Source: Dicyema japonicum
Taxonomy: Eukaryota > Animalia > Dicyemida
Direction of reading: 5' to 3'
Length of the DNA stretch: 64,000 bases
Assembly (NCBI GenBank): GCA_011109175.1
Contig: RDEW01000036.1
Span: 408,260 to 472,259 of the forward strand
Shown here one piece after another: positions 49,601 to 63,600 of the stretch (positions are counted from its first letter, which is position 1; each line of letters begins with the position of its first letter). Made by a program: the position numbers and the translations under genes. A model generated the notes under the pieces. It was not told the origin of the DNA. It saw nothing but the letters and a program-made list of their open reading frames with translations, and made no database searches.

Positions 49601-50289
49601 GAAGACGCTTCTTTACAAAAAAAAGGAATTCATTGAGAGTTGAACTGTTTTTGTTAAGTTCCCCTCAATTTAACCATAAATTGACCACATACCTTCATGC
49701 ATCTAATGAGATGAAGACCACATGTCGACATCTTACTTGGGCCAGCCACATATTTTGACTTAATTTTTAAGAGCAAGAGAGAGAACGAATTATCAAAGCT
49801 AATTAATCCAAATGGATCGAGAATCTCTAAGTGACGATCAATACGTACGAAGCTATTTAACGTTCCGTCGGAATCCTTTAATGTTTGGAAATTCTTGTTG
49901 ATAAGACGTCCTTGACATTGTAACTCGTTAAACCCGGTCGGAGCTTTGGGCACAGGCAGCACTGGTAATCGAACCCGCACCACGAGTAGGTGACCCACGT
50001 GAAACCCTTTTTACAACTCGTCATCCCTAAGGTCGCACAAACAAACGCAGTAGGTTAGGGACATCACTACCGACAATAAAATCAAAAACAGTGCGAGAAC
50101 AGAGATTGAAGTGACGTGTTGAATTTCACCTCAGTTCTGGTAAGCAAAATATAGAGCATTCTTAGTAATCTCAAATATAGTTACCTCAGTAAATAGTGAT
50201 CTTCACTGTTGAACCCATGATGTTGTCACTATCTAGTCACTTTCTCAATTAAAGTGTTTGAACTCCAGCTGACCAGATGAAATTCTAGA

Positions 50290-51050
50290 AGAAATTGGGT
50301 CCCCGTGTCCGCATAGCTCTTACTCAAATATACAACCTTTCGATGAATGAATTCCAACAATATGGAGATTATCGCACATTCATTCTATTTTAAAGCCAAA
50401 TGAGTCTCCTTCCTCGTAAAAGCCAACTTCCTTACTATACAAATTTTCGAAGGTCTCGGAGAAACTAGATTCGGTCATACCTTCCACTAGAATCCTTCCA
50501 ACACGTTCTTAAGAGAGATTTATCGACAACTACCAACTTATGAACTTTCAAAATATATTTAGGACGGTTAACAAGATCATGTCGCTTTTTTCAAAATTCC
50601 TACCCAATGACGTACTACGAGGATCACCTTGTCACTTTTTTTCTCTCTTTGCATGATCTACAGTTCAATCTGACTCTAATTCACATAGACAACATCATCT
50701 TAGCTTACAAAGAAAAATACGTGTGACAGCTATAAAAAGATTAGAACCATTTCTTAACCAAGTAAATGGCTGAACACTACGACTACAGAGAAATCATCTA
50801 CAACGGTTTTCAGATTCAATAAAACTGACTGACTATAGCCCAGGACTTGTCTCTGTCGTAAAAGAAATCCACATTCGAGATCGCGTCAATGCTGAAGTTC
50901 AACTTTGTATAACTAATGCTTCTCAAAATCAAAAAATCTATTAATTTAACGCTAGAATATCTGCACAATCAGAACATCCATCAGATCTGGTTGTCTGTGG
51001 AGCAATACAAGTGAAAGCAAACATCTAAAAACTTGGCATAAGCTGTGGCT
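50290..51050 (+). mobile_element. Highly decayed Ingi/I-like RT region
   Basis: Remnants KLGPRVRIALTQIYNLSMN, NDVLRGSP and DNIIL in broken frames. Confidence 0.35.
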
Positions 51051-52366
51051 ATCAGAAGACGTGTCTCGTAAATCACAAATAATCAATTCTCGATTTAATG
51101 ACTCAGTTAATCGTCATTCTGCTTTTTGAACGTGACATTTTTCACAGCCCTTTTGTAATGACCACATCCACTGTAGGAAAGGGATCTTTTAATGATGCCG
51201 ACCGGGGCATTAGTATCTCTTGCGTAAGGAAGATCCAGTGACGTTTATATAAATTGAAAAAAAAAGAAGAGAAAGGAAATTATCGACCAAATAGTCGGGA
51301 GTGTGCAATCGACCAATTGCATTTTTACTTTAATTTCCAATTTCAAGAGGTTAGTATTAAAAATCAATGAGAAATTATCAATAGTATGATATATCAAGGG
51401 TCCCCTACCGCATGATTAAATTCAAATGGGGGATATCCAGAACTGAGATAGTAGCCACAATGTATTCTACCTTATTACTAGTCAAAATCAAATTCATCTA
51501 TAACCATTAACAAATACAATTCAAGTTAAAATGCAGGTCGAGACATTCTAATCGTGCAAAACAACCCGATTAATGTTAATCCTGTTGGATTACACACAAA
51601 TTTTCTATTTATCACAATCACAAAAATTTTCTATTTATCTAGCAATCAAGAGTACTTGAATTGTTTCAAAATAGCTTACCCCAAACATGCATGTAATTAT
51701 TAGAACATTTGAGAATTAATGGCCAATACATTCCCTGATTTTCTTCAAGTCAGAATTGTTTATACTCCAAATTTAAAACTAGACAATTTTAAGGACAGTG
51801 CATAGTAAAATCGACGCATTTTTAGTTAAAAAACTGAGTCAATATAATGTCTTCTGGGTCAATCGTTTTGTCCACTTGCAAGCTGAATTTAAATTTATTA
51901 ACTGAACCAGAAAACCACCGTCATAGCCAGCATGAAAAAAATCAGGTGATCCAGGCTTCCCTCAGCAGTCTTCACATGTTCGGAATTGAAGGAAGTGATC
52001 AAAGGAGAACTCCTCTGGATGGTTGTTGACTAATGGTCCTTTTTGGATTATATCTGGCGCCACCAGAGATGGTGAACCCACATGAAGTACGCTAATAATT
52101 CACCTCATTGGAGCCAAAAAGGAAGAGGAGGAACATAAGAAACAAGCAAAAACTCTATAATTCAAGTAGTCACATAGCATCACACTAACGTTGGCACCAC
52201 GTGGCTAATCCAAATAATAGTAGTTTCCCTATTACTTTGGTTAAATCTACAAAATTATAACTTATATTTTACCTTTCGACTAGTCCTTAAATCCAAGAGG
52301 TTCGTGGCCCACTTCGGACATGTTCTATGATGTATTTTCTGCATAAATCCCCCATTAATCTTTTTT

Positions 52367-54473
52367 ATAAAAAAATTAAAAATTTAATTAAAATTAATAT
52401 TAAAAATCAGTACAGTCTGACAAAGATTAGGTGCTCTTAGGTATGACCTTCAGTGAAGTTGCTAACTTACTGATCCCAGTTCTTGCATTTACAGTGAGAC
52501 GCATCCTGTCATCGCCTATTGTGGGAATCTATCCAGCAGAGTGGAAGGCGGAGCTTTTTATAGTTGAAAAATGAAACAGTCTCTCTCCTGTAATAAAGAA
52601 CTTTTTTGATTCAAATAATGATTGGATTGTGGTCGGAAGATAATTCATAATGCACCGCCCAAGATGTGTCCGGTACAAGGTTTGGAGAACAGAAAGTAAT
52701 GTCTAAGGGCGTTGATGGTTCGTCTTTTTTGTAAGAAGTCCTAATGTGCTTCCTGGGGTTGTTGAGGATTGTCAGAGAGGTGTTCATTGAATATTTATTT
52801 ATTTTATTTATTTAACACCCAAGACCACGGTAAAACCAAAACTAAATATCACGTGATCCCGATGCGCTCCGCCAAAATCCTCATTCTTTCCCGGTGCTCC
52901 TCCCTGCCATAAAGACATATTTTGATAGAACGCTATAATGTCTTCTGGTCGATTATTTTTAGCCAGCTAAACCATAACATATTTTGAGAGAATCCACAAC
53001 AAGCAAAATCTAAACTTTAATGAAATCATAACTATGAATATCAATCATTTATGTCTGACTATCTCCATAGTTCTTTAAGTCTACAATATAGCGATCCCTT
53101 GGCCTTCTAGCCAAGATAGGTGTTATAGGCGGTTTCGTGTTCAGTAATTTATTTGCCTGTGGAAAGAAAAAGTAAAAAATACCTGACAAAATAAACAATT
53201 TGAGATAATAATCCAAATCAGATCCATACCAATCCCGTAATACTCCGCCTAATTTTTGAAAATAGTCGGTCTCTAACGAAGTGATTATAATTATGTTCTT
53301 ACTAATAAATTGTCAATTTAAGGTATAACTCATTTGTTTTTAGCACTAATTCCTGTTCTATACAAAAAAATCGTAGATTTTTATTTTTTAAAATATAGAC
53401 CTTCTCGTGGAAAATAATATTTTTAGAGAGTTTCTTAGATGAAATCTGTCAAGTGGACTAATGTCTCCTCTATTGATTGCCCAAGTGTCGTTGTTGATTT
53501 ACTATTGTCGTTATTGACTGACTATTTTCGTTAGCGATTGACGGAGTTTCGTTATTGATAGGAAAACCATATATTACTGATTTCCTTTAATTTCTTTAAT
53601 TCTTCTTAGTTAATCACACCAGACGCATTTGTTCACGATAAATAATTAATTAATTTTGTTGATTAATTATTTAATTTTATAGATATATTTTAATATTGAA
53701 CATTTACAAGCAATGCATCAAACCATGCTTCTCGAACGCGTGTGCTTCGTGGGGACCTTCATTATCATGGACGAAAACTAAGAAAATCTAGGACGTTCAA
53801 AAAAAGGCTTTCAGAATGACGGAGCGGTAGTCTTGTGGGAGAAACAGAACCAGACCGACTACTCTGGAGGCCCTCATTAAACAAAACTCCGACATGCAGG
53901 AAGATGGCTCTGCAAATAGTCAGCCGCCCATTACGAGGGTACGAGGGAGGAGCACCGGGAAAGAATGAGGATTTTGGCGGAGCGCATCGGGATCACGTGA
54001 TATTTAGTTTTGGTTTTACCGTGGTCTTGGGTGTTAAATAAATTAAATAAATATTCAATGAACACCTCTCTGACAATCCTCAACAACCCCAGGTAGCACA
54101 CTAGAACTTCTTACAAGGAATACAAACCATCAACGCCCCAGACATTACCTTCTGTTCCTCAAACCTTGTACCGGACACATCTTGGGCGGTGCATTATGAT
54201 TTATTTCCGATCACAAACCAATCATTATTCGAATCAAAAAAGTTATTTACTACAGGAGAGAGACTTTTTCATTTTTCAACTATAAAAAGCTCCGCCTTCC
54301 ACTCTACTGGATGGGTTCCCAATAGCCGATGACAGGATGCGTCTCACTGTGAATGCAAGAACTGGGATCAGTAAGTTAGCAACTTCACTGAAGGTCATAC
54401 CTAAGAGCACCTAATCTTTGTCAGACTGTACTGATTTTTAATATTAATTTTATGAAATTTTCAATTTTTTTGA
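52367..54473. repeat. Long inverted duplication: arms 52367-52904 and 53945-54473, spacer ~1040 bp
   Basis: The arms are collinear reverse complements and include an Ingi 3' end (GIT*) with ~430 bp of its flank. Confidence 0.92.
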
Positions 54474-55269
54474 TCCACATTACGTTGAAGAATTAATGAG
54501 TGAATTCATTCCTAAAGACTTTTTTCTGATGTCTGTTATCTTTTCGGTCTTTGTAAGAATGAGACCTAATTACAAATATTAATAGCTATAAAAGAACAAA
54601 TTTTAGAAAAAAATTAAATTTCAATTAAAATTATAAAAAATAATGATTCATTCATTTAACATATTAGTCGTGTTCATAAAATAAGCAGAAATTTGCAATA
54701 ATAAAAATTTCAAATTGTCCGGTAGATTTCTTTGTCACGCCATGATAAACTCGAGTGTCGTGAGGTTTACTCATCGGTCTTGAAAGACGTGATGACAAGA
54801 AACCGTTGGCGTAAAGACCATGCCGTAGAGCCAATGGAAGTGTCTTGCTTGGGATTCAACGTGCACACACTTTTCTCTACGCGAATCTGCTTAAGTCATC
54901 TTTGCGCGAGTTTGCAGATAACACTAATTAAGTTTTGAAAAAGGAAGTACTATGACATTAGAGGTCGGTTTGCATTCAAGTCGATCTTGTTTGAGACGGC
55001 TCGTATTTTAGACCCATGACTGCTCAGTTTATCAGGTCAATCAGGAGGCTTGCAGGACAACGGAAGGTGAGCCTATAACAGAAATTGTCAAACAGTGTGC
55101 CTCGAGACAATTTCTAGTGGCCGCAAGGCAAATAAAAATTTGAATAAATTTATGTACATTTTTTTTGTTTTTAAATTGGTAAATCAGTTTGTCAATTATA
55201 TAAAGATTATTTCTAGTCATTTGGATTTAATGGAAACTAATTTGCATGGAGTTTCAAGAGACAATATAC

Positions 55270-55680
55270 TTTCAACCATCCGGACTATTCAAAAAACTGT
55301 GATTATTTTATCGTTTGAAAAAACAACACAAGTATTATTTAGTTTTACTATGTATTGTAGATCTAGTCAAATGTTATTTAGTGATACTATTGTGAGCTCA
55401 ACGGGATCATTGAACTGTTTATATCTGATTTCTGAATGATAGCAAATGACTGCAAATGAACTGATAATCCCTGCTTGTGTGTCATTGCTCGGACTATATT
55501 TGGTCATAAATATGAACAAAAAATAATGAAGATACTTTTGTAAGATAACACTGTTTCTCGTCGACTTTGTTATTTGTCTGAGAAAATTGAATACAATGTC
55601 TTATTTACTATTGAAGAAACTCGTTTTTCAATACAACTCGATGAATTTCAAGATTTGCAAATCTGTTGGCATATATACGA
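55270..55680 (+). mobile_element. hAT (Buster/Charlie, ZBED5/8-like) transposase fragment
   Basis: NELIIPAC, RTIFG..YEQKIMKILL*DNTVSRRL..LSEKIEYNV, RFSIQLDE. Confidence 0.72.
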
Positions 55681-55849
55681 TTTGACCATTTTGGAAAATT
55701 AATTTTTGCCATTAAATTTCCAATTTTTGTCCTCACTTTTACGTATTCGAAAAAAATTAATTCTTTATTTGTGCCGTTGATTAATTTTTTACATTATGTG
55801 CCGCGAGAATTATTTTCCAAAACCTCTTGCCTAGAATGAATCGATGGCT

Positions 55850-56330
55850 CTTTCAGAACATTGGTCTCGGGATCATGAAAGGTAACTCCCATCACGTGCT
55901 CAAGAGATAAAGGAGACCTTGTCATAGGAATTAACACTAAAATTAGGGAGATTGAATGGCCATGCTGATTCCTCTGAAGATGGCTATCGAGATATGCCCC
56001 AAAACAAATCAGTCTCACGTGGATCATGGTGACCCTTTGGATAATTAGCCAATCTAGAGGACAAGATTGTCAGCTTGTGGGCAAGGATTCTGACATCTCA
56101 ACAGAAATGGGACAAACAGGTGATCCTCCGAAATTCTCCTGGAGCAGCGAAATTCTTCGGAGAGTATGTATCAACACACGTAGATGGGTCGAAATCTTGT
56201 CTTTAACAATATTGGGTAAACTACATTTAGGAGTAACAATTTCCGAACTTCTTCCATTTTTGGAGAGTCCTTGTCATGTCTTGTAGATCCTCCTCCAAGA
56301 AGCGGCGTCTCCCGATTCTTTAGTGTCTTC
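55850..56330 (-). mobile_element. Decayed RLE-type (R2-like) RT N-terminal remnant
   Basis: APGEFRRITCLS...RILAHKL resembles the RT domain 1 RPITxL motif; otherwise broken. Confidence 0.3.
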
Positions 56331-57641
56331 TTCAAGGACGGTTGGTGTGGTTATCTAGGTTAACTGGGAAACAGCAGAGCATCCAGAAAAAAGTACTCCT
56401 TTCTGGCCATGCTTGTGGTAATCCCGAAACAAAGTGTCTTTTTTTCAAGGTGGTAGAGAGCCACATTATAGCCCACTAAAGGTATCTTCTTTTCCACTAA
56501 AAGCTATAATTATGAGAAAAATAAATTTTTAAAAAATTTCGAATAAATTAAAATAATAATCAAAATAAATTGTAATAATTCATTAGAAATCAATTTGAAA
56601 TATTATTTACGACCTTGTGGTGCCATGTTTTTCAATGTGGCCAATTGATTGAATATTTGTCTTCTTCTTTTTCCGGTGGCGTCATTGGATCCACCTTACT
56701 CAAGAGACACCCAGTCCTTAGCCGGCATTCTAAACGGATTCATCAATTAATTCCACTGGAACACCATTTCGTTCCATGGTGACGTGTTCTATAATCGCTT
56801 GGATTAATTAGTTATGATTGAGCTGTGCTTAACAAATATTGTAAGCTAGGAGTTAAATAAATAAGATTTCAATATTAGGTTTTTTTAAGCGGGAAAACTA
56901 GTAACTTAACGTGACTGAACTTTATCTTCTCAAGAGGAGTGGTGATTTATCATCCAATTTCTTGAAGGATATATGAACTGACGGATTAATGCACTTAATC
57001 CATGGTTATGATGTGGAATCCTGCCTTGGATAAAATTAAGGAATCTGAGTACATTTAAGAAAAAATGACAAATTCTGGAAGGTTCCTTTATTAATTTGCT
57101 ATTATACTACGAGCAGCACAGAATATCATCGCGCTTACCATTGAATATGCCTGCTCCGCCTGAGGTTTGCGATTCCCCCTTCGAGGGTGGACCGTTTGAA
57201 ATCCCTTAGGCGGAGAATTATGCACCACACAGACATCCCCATTGGCGACCTCGTTTCTGATGAGGTAACGTTGCAAAATGGTCAGGGTTTTTTTTAAATA
57301 ACTTCCACATTTCCCATAAGCATATCAATCTTTGGGTTACGCTTTACTTTATTCCATACTACTTTCTCATTCTAGTATCTTCAATAGACAGACTAAGTAT
57401 CGTAAAGATACAGTACTCCTATCAAGTACTACATAGACACTAGCGGAGACATTTCCGGAATACCATAGAATTGTTAACGGATCATATGGAGAGAATTAGA
57501 TCCTTATTGGATGCTGGGGTCACTTAATAGCTAGTTTTTTACACATTTATTTCTTGACAATATATGTGGTATAATAAATGCAAGTAAAACCTGAAAAAGC
57601 AGCTTCTTGAAAGTTTCTTTTTATGTAAATTTGTTTAAATC

Positions 57642-60600
57642 TTTTGGTAGTAGTAGTGAAGGAAAATACCCAGAAAAGTCTTGTAAACTTGTAATGTCAA
57701 ACTTATGAAGGGAAAATCAGATTCGATAGTGACACCTAGACAAAAGATTCTATGTTTTTGTAGTTACAAATGTGTTGGAAAATTCGCCACGATATTTTCT
57801 AACAGCAGTTATAACCTTTTCAGTTGCCTCCTTGTTAGTTTCCCAACCTCACTAACATGTGGGAGACAGAGTATCATAAATAATGAAATAAAAAAATTTC
57901 AAAGACCACAATAACACCAAACTAACTAATCACGTGATCCCGACACGTCCCAAGAGAGACTTCAGCAGGATGTTCTTTCTTCAAACCCATGTAAGTGCGT
58001 ATCGGCAGTATAACTGAATCCTCGTAGTCGCAATGGCACGTGCCTCGGTTCTTAAAGATTCCATTAATGAAGACTGGGACTTTCCAGAAGTCCATTGTTT
58101 CGAAATTTTGGAAGCCCTTTTTAGCTAGCTTCGATTTTCACGAAACATAGTAACTTCACAATGTCATGGCTCTCCATGTCCATTTAAATGTGGAGAGCAT
58201 TTCTTGTGCATCCTTATCGATTCCCATAATACAGTGAAGAAAGTATTATTCCTAGCTTTTCTGAGCATGGATTGCCAACGTTCTTTGTTGTGTTTTGTTA
58301 TAAATTAAATTAAATTATTAACCCCGGCTTCGCCAGCAAGTGGGAAGCCGGCGACCATCAGAGAGCGTGCAGTCCGGACAGGCCGCTCCCAGAGATCCTC
58401 GACTTTTGCATCCGGTGGTCCAGGGCAGGGAAAAAGGTCCCGAACTACTCTGCCAGCCAGGAAAGGGTGGTGTCCACATCGTAGGCGAGCCAGTCCGATT
58501 CTGATCTTCCTCGGGAGCGATTGTTCCGTTGGACTGATATCAGGGGGGAAGCGCTCCAAGACTTTGTTATATTGAAGTGTCCTAATGGCCCGTGTCGAGA
58601 TGAAATCATGTATTCGGCGGGTCCAAGTTGAGTCTTCTTGAGGGGGGGTGATCTTCGACAAGGCTCTTTGTAGGTCAAAGAGGGTCCTGCGTATGTATCT
58701 GAGGTTATTGTTACTTAGCAGAGCGTGAACTGGGTGATTCGGGTCGAACGACTGCTGTAGGAATTGTAAATTACGCATTTCCAGGTGGTCATAGAGCGGG
58801 AGGATTTTTGACTCCCAATGTAAATGGTCGGTGGGGGTTGACTTTAAACAGCCAGTTATTATTCTCAGCGCCGAGTTTTGCACTTTCTGCAGTTCTTGAG
58901 AAAGGGACAAGGAGATTGAGGGGGCCCAACTTGGTGAGGTGTAGTTGAGTGTAGTCCTGATGAACTGCTTGTAGTGAAGAGTTACGTTTTCTTTTTGCTG
59001 ACCGTTTGAGTGGCCAGCTACTGCCCGTAATATGTTAAGTTTCCGCTTGGCTTTTGTCATTACTTCCTCCACTTGTCTGTTGAAACAGAGTGAAGGATCG
59101 AAGACAACTCCAAGGATCTTCGGGTATTTATTTAAGGGGAGTGGTTCGTCTCCCAACGAGAGTGTGGGGTTTAGGTTGAATTGTCTTCGATCGGTTGTGA
59201 ACAGGGTAGCTGATGACTTCGAGGTGGAAACACTCATCCAGTTTAAGTTCATCCAGTCGGATAGCAAGTTCAGGTGGTACTGCACTTTTTCGGTGGCCAG
59301 TCGAACATCGCCACTCCTGGATGCGATTACTAGATCATCGGCATATGTCAATAGTAACGTATTTTGGGTTGTTGGGATGTCTTTGACGTAAAGGTTGAAA
59401 AGTGAGGGTGAAAGACTGATCCCTGGGGAACACCGTTTGGTAGGAGTCGATATCTTGATAGATTTGAATATAGACACGTATGACCTAGTCTTCCCGAGAA
59501 GAAATTTGTGAGCCATGACTTCCATACAGAGGGAATATTTGTAGAATAGATCTTGTTGCAGAGGACTACACAGGAGATTCTGTCGAAAGCTTTAGTTAGG
59601 TCAATAGAGGCCAAGACAGTTCGTTCCGGGGGTTTGCAGTTGTTGAAACCGTTGGAGATGTATTGGGTTAGTGTCAGTAAGTGCGTGGTGGTCGAGTGTA
59701 AAGGACGGAAACCATGTTGTGAGTCGGAGAGGTCGAGGTAGGGAGTGATTTCGTTAAGAATGATCCTTTCGAAAATTTTTGAGACAACAGATGTTAAGGA
59801 AATTGGCCTGAACGAAGAGGGCAAGGAGGAGGCTTTGTTGTTCGAAGAGGGCAAGGAGGAGGCTTTGTTGTTCTTGAGTGTTTTGTTATGTTCCGCGTGA
59901 TTTCTTTATTTGGTTTTGATATCCTTTCAGTTCTTCCACATATTATCTTTAGAGGTTCTTCAGATTATTTTTCGTTTTTTTAGAGCTCGCGTTTCAGCAT
60001 TAATTGGTTGTGATTGACGTTGATGACGACACATCAGAATGAATCTTATGCGAGCTTGGAGTATAATCTCGATGAGGTTGATAGATCCGAAGTTATCTAT
60101 CCGGAAGGCCTGAAGGTGTAGTTCAATAAAATAGCGGGCCAAATTACCTTTGAGACTGTTAGACACAACCACATTCTTAGCGAGATTGCGATTTTTCGGA
60201 GGTTGTTTAGATCTCTGCGTCCATTAGAATATTTTAGATCGATGTTCATTATTGATGTCAAATTTGTTTCCTAACTTCTTTCTAAAAGGCCCTGAACAGA
60301 GAATGATGATTCCAAAATATCGTATGCAGGAACGACATGATTTATCCGTATTATATGCCGAAATAATCCCCATCGGAGCTTAGTAATCATTTTATCCAGG
60401 TTTTTTATCACGATTTGGTAGTGTATTCCTAGTGGAGTCATTAGTTGTTTTCTGTCGAAAGCAATTAAGTTATCAACACATGTTTGAGTTAGTCCCCACG
60501 TACCCGAGTTCTAGAACAGTATGAGTAGAAAGAATTCACTGCATAGTCGTACTTTTACTTGTCCTAACATGCGCGTATCTCTGATGTGTCGATTTTAGTC

Positions 60601-63600
60601 TATTCAGTATATTGTTGAACATCCTCCAGAACGCTACAAAGACCCAACTTTATTTACTCACCTTCAAATCTCATAGGTGAGTTGCTTTCCCATTTGATTG
60701 TGTTAATTTCGATTTTTGTACGTTCATTTTAAGGAATTACTCTCCAAACACCTTATGAGAATGAATAAGAGCAATTCTGAAATTATTGATACTTCGAAAA
60801 CAAAATCCAGGTCATCCGCAAATATTAATTCCTGGATAGAAGAGGACAAATTTTTAAATCACGAAGAAGCTTCAGTTGAACAAGAGAATTGTTTAACTGA
60901 GTGAGTTACCTTCTGAAAGCAATTGGCATATTAATTTTGCGAGAGCGCTCAGAGTCAACCCAGATTTTCAATTCTATTTTGAAAGTAGAACCCGTATCAA
61001 CCTTAAACTGTCCTCGTCAAACAAAGTTATAGCCTATCTTCAGAATTCATGTAAAATTGAGTTTGCGCAATTGATTTGTAATTAAACATTATTAAAAAAT
61101 ATTAATTTTTTGACAAAATTTTTAAACATTTTGACAAAGTTATTAGACATTATGGCACAGTTATTGACATTTTGACAAATTTATTTAACTTTATGGTAAA
61201 TTATTAAACACGTCGGAAAATCATGTTAATTGTGTGAATTTAATTAAATTATTTTTTAATTTTATTTATTAATAAAATTAATATTATTTAAGACGACTGC
61301 TAATTTCTTGTTGTTACATGTAAATTCATTATTTTGATGTTTAATCTTATAGCTGTTCACTTTTCTCATTTGAACTTCTCATTTTACTTCTGACAACACA
61401 TAAAAATTGCCAAGACGAAGTAACAGATCGTTGATATCTTCGTTGTAACCAATAACACCTGGAGTCCCAAGTGTTTCGTTTTACTGTGATCTTTATGGGT
61501 AGGGAAGATAAACTTCCTTGTGTGTGTTTTGATCTTTTGATCCTATCTGAATCTTCCACAAGGAGTTGTATGAACTTTTGTGTTTAAGATGGTTCCATTT
61601 TGGATTATATTGTAGTAATCGCGGTGAAATGAAGATGTTCTTAATAGACTCAATAGTCCCATCATCGTTCTCAACTGTTTGAAAATATTAATCTTCCTTT
61701 TGACAGTAAGCATGTGTGAGCAAAGCTTGTGATTAAAGTCCCTATATGAATTGTGGTAATGCTCACATCATTCTGCATAAATCTGAGGAAAACTGACCAT
61801 TTTTTAACACCAATCATTCGATTAATTCTTTCATCGATTTTGAAATGATATTATTCTTACGAGGCAAGAGAGCGAATCAGGATATTATTTAAATCACGAT
61901 TTCAATTAATTAACACCAATTTATATCCCTGAAAAATAACCGAACAGGTTAGTTAAATGTTGTATTAAACTCCGCAAATCCCAAGTACATTGTTTTTGTC
62001 CCTAATGGCACTGCAGTCTGAAATACATTATTAATTACGTTTTTCTTCTATCGGCGTGTTGCCTACCCTAAATGTATTACATTCGAACATCTACAAGTGA
62101 TTATCTTCAATATGTATTGAATGACGAGGTTGTGCCATATGTCTATACTAAATATGATATCATACGCCTCTGGATTATCAAATGGATTCTTGCACACGAT
62201 AACACTATATTATTAACATACTTATGCAATTCAACAAAATTAGAACCAATTCTAAAAATTTGAATAACTTTTATTCTTTGAGGAAAGATGCTACGTAAAT
62301 TACAAAAAAATGTACACAGATTCGAGAATGATAAATGTTTCCGCAAAATCGATTGTTATGAATGTGAAGGAATTACATACTTGCAAAAGTCTATACTATA
62401 AAAATATATATAACAAGTCGTAAATGCTAGATGGGATTTTCAGATTTGGTTGTTTACATATTTTAAACTTATGATTCTGACAGTAACTATGAATAATTAA
62501 TATTTAATACACATTCTGTAAATTCATTCCCATAACTGAAAAATTGACATCATGTTGAAATTTAATGTAATCTTAATTCATATATTTGAGAATCAGAGTA
62601 TACGCCAGAAAATTGACATTTATTCCAGTTCTGAATAATCATTGTTTTATACAGAGAACCACGATCCATTACTTCGTTTTGGCAATTTTTCTGGGTTGTC
62701 AAAATGTAAAATGAGAAGTACAACATGAAACAATAAATTACTGTCGTTATAAATAATTCTAATTTTATTAATAAATAAAATAAAAAAAATAATTTAATTA
62801 AATTCACACAATTAACATGGTTTTTCAACGTGTTCAATAATAGTTAAATAAATTTGTCAGTGTCTAATAACTTTACCATAATGTTCAACATTTGTGTTAA
62901 GGCGCAGATGATGGATACTTAAAACTAGCTGAAAAAATAGTATGGAATAATGTAAAGCGAAAGCCACGTATTCATATGTTTATGGAAAATGTGGAAGTGC
63001 TTTTTTACTAACTGAATAACTAAACTAATACTTTAAGGTTCTTTTTCAATAAGTAAGTGAAAATTATTCCCTAATTTAGTTTAAATCTAAAATTCAGAAA
63101 TTTATTTAATTATATAGAAAAATTATTTTTCCATTTGATTATTTTTATTAAAATAAATCAATGGAATAAACACAAGATAATTTTTTTATTTTTGGCACTC
63201 AACTTAGAAAAAAACTCTATAACTAACATCTTACATAATATGGAAAGAATTCATTCATTTAGTTACTTATTAATTAATTTCGTTTTTTCAGCATCTCAAG
63301 GTTTTCCGGCAAGGATAGGTTTAATCGCAGGCTTAGTAGCCATTAGCTTTTTCGACTGACAGTGGAAACACTTTTTAACAACTTTGTCGAGCTCAAGTCT
63401 CAAAATTCCGTAAATTCTACTTTTTAGGAGACTGCATAGTAAATCGCATCCGAAATCGATGTTCATATTACTATCATGAAAATACTACCTCGATCATTTT
63501 TACTTTCAGTTCTCTATCTTGAATCGAAACGCTTCGGTCCCTAGTAAAAACAGTGGTTCTCTCCAATGATCGACTACTCATTTACTATGTGCGTCCTTTT

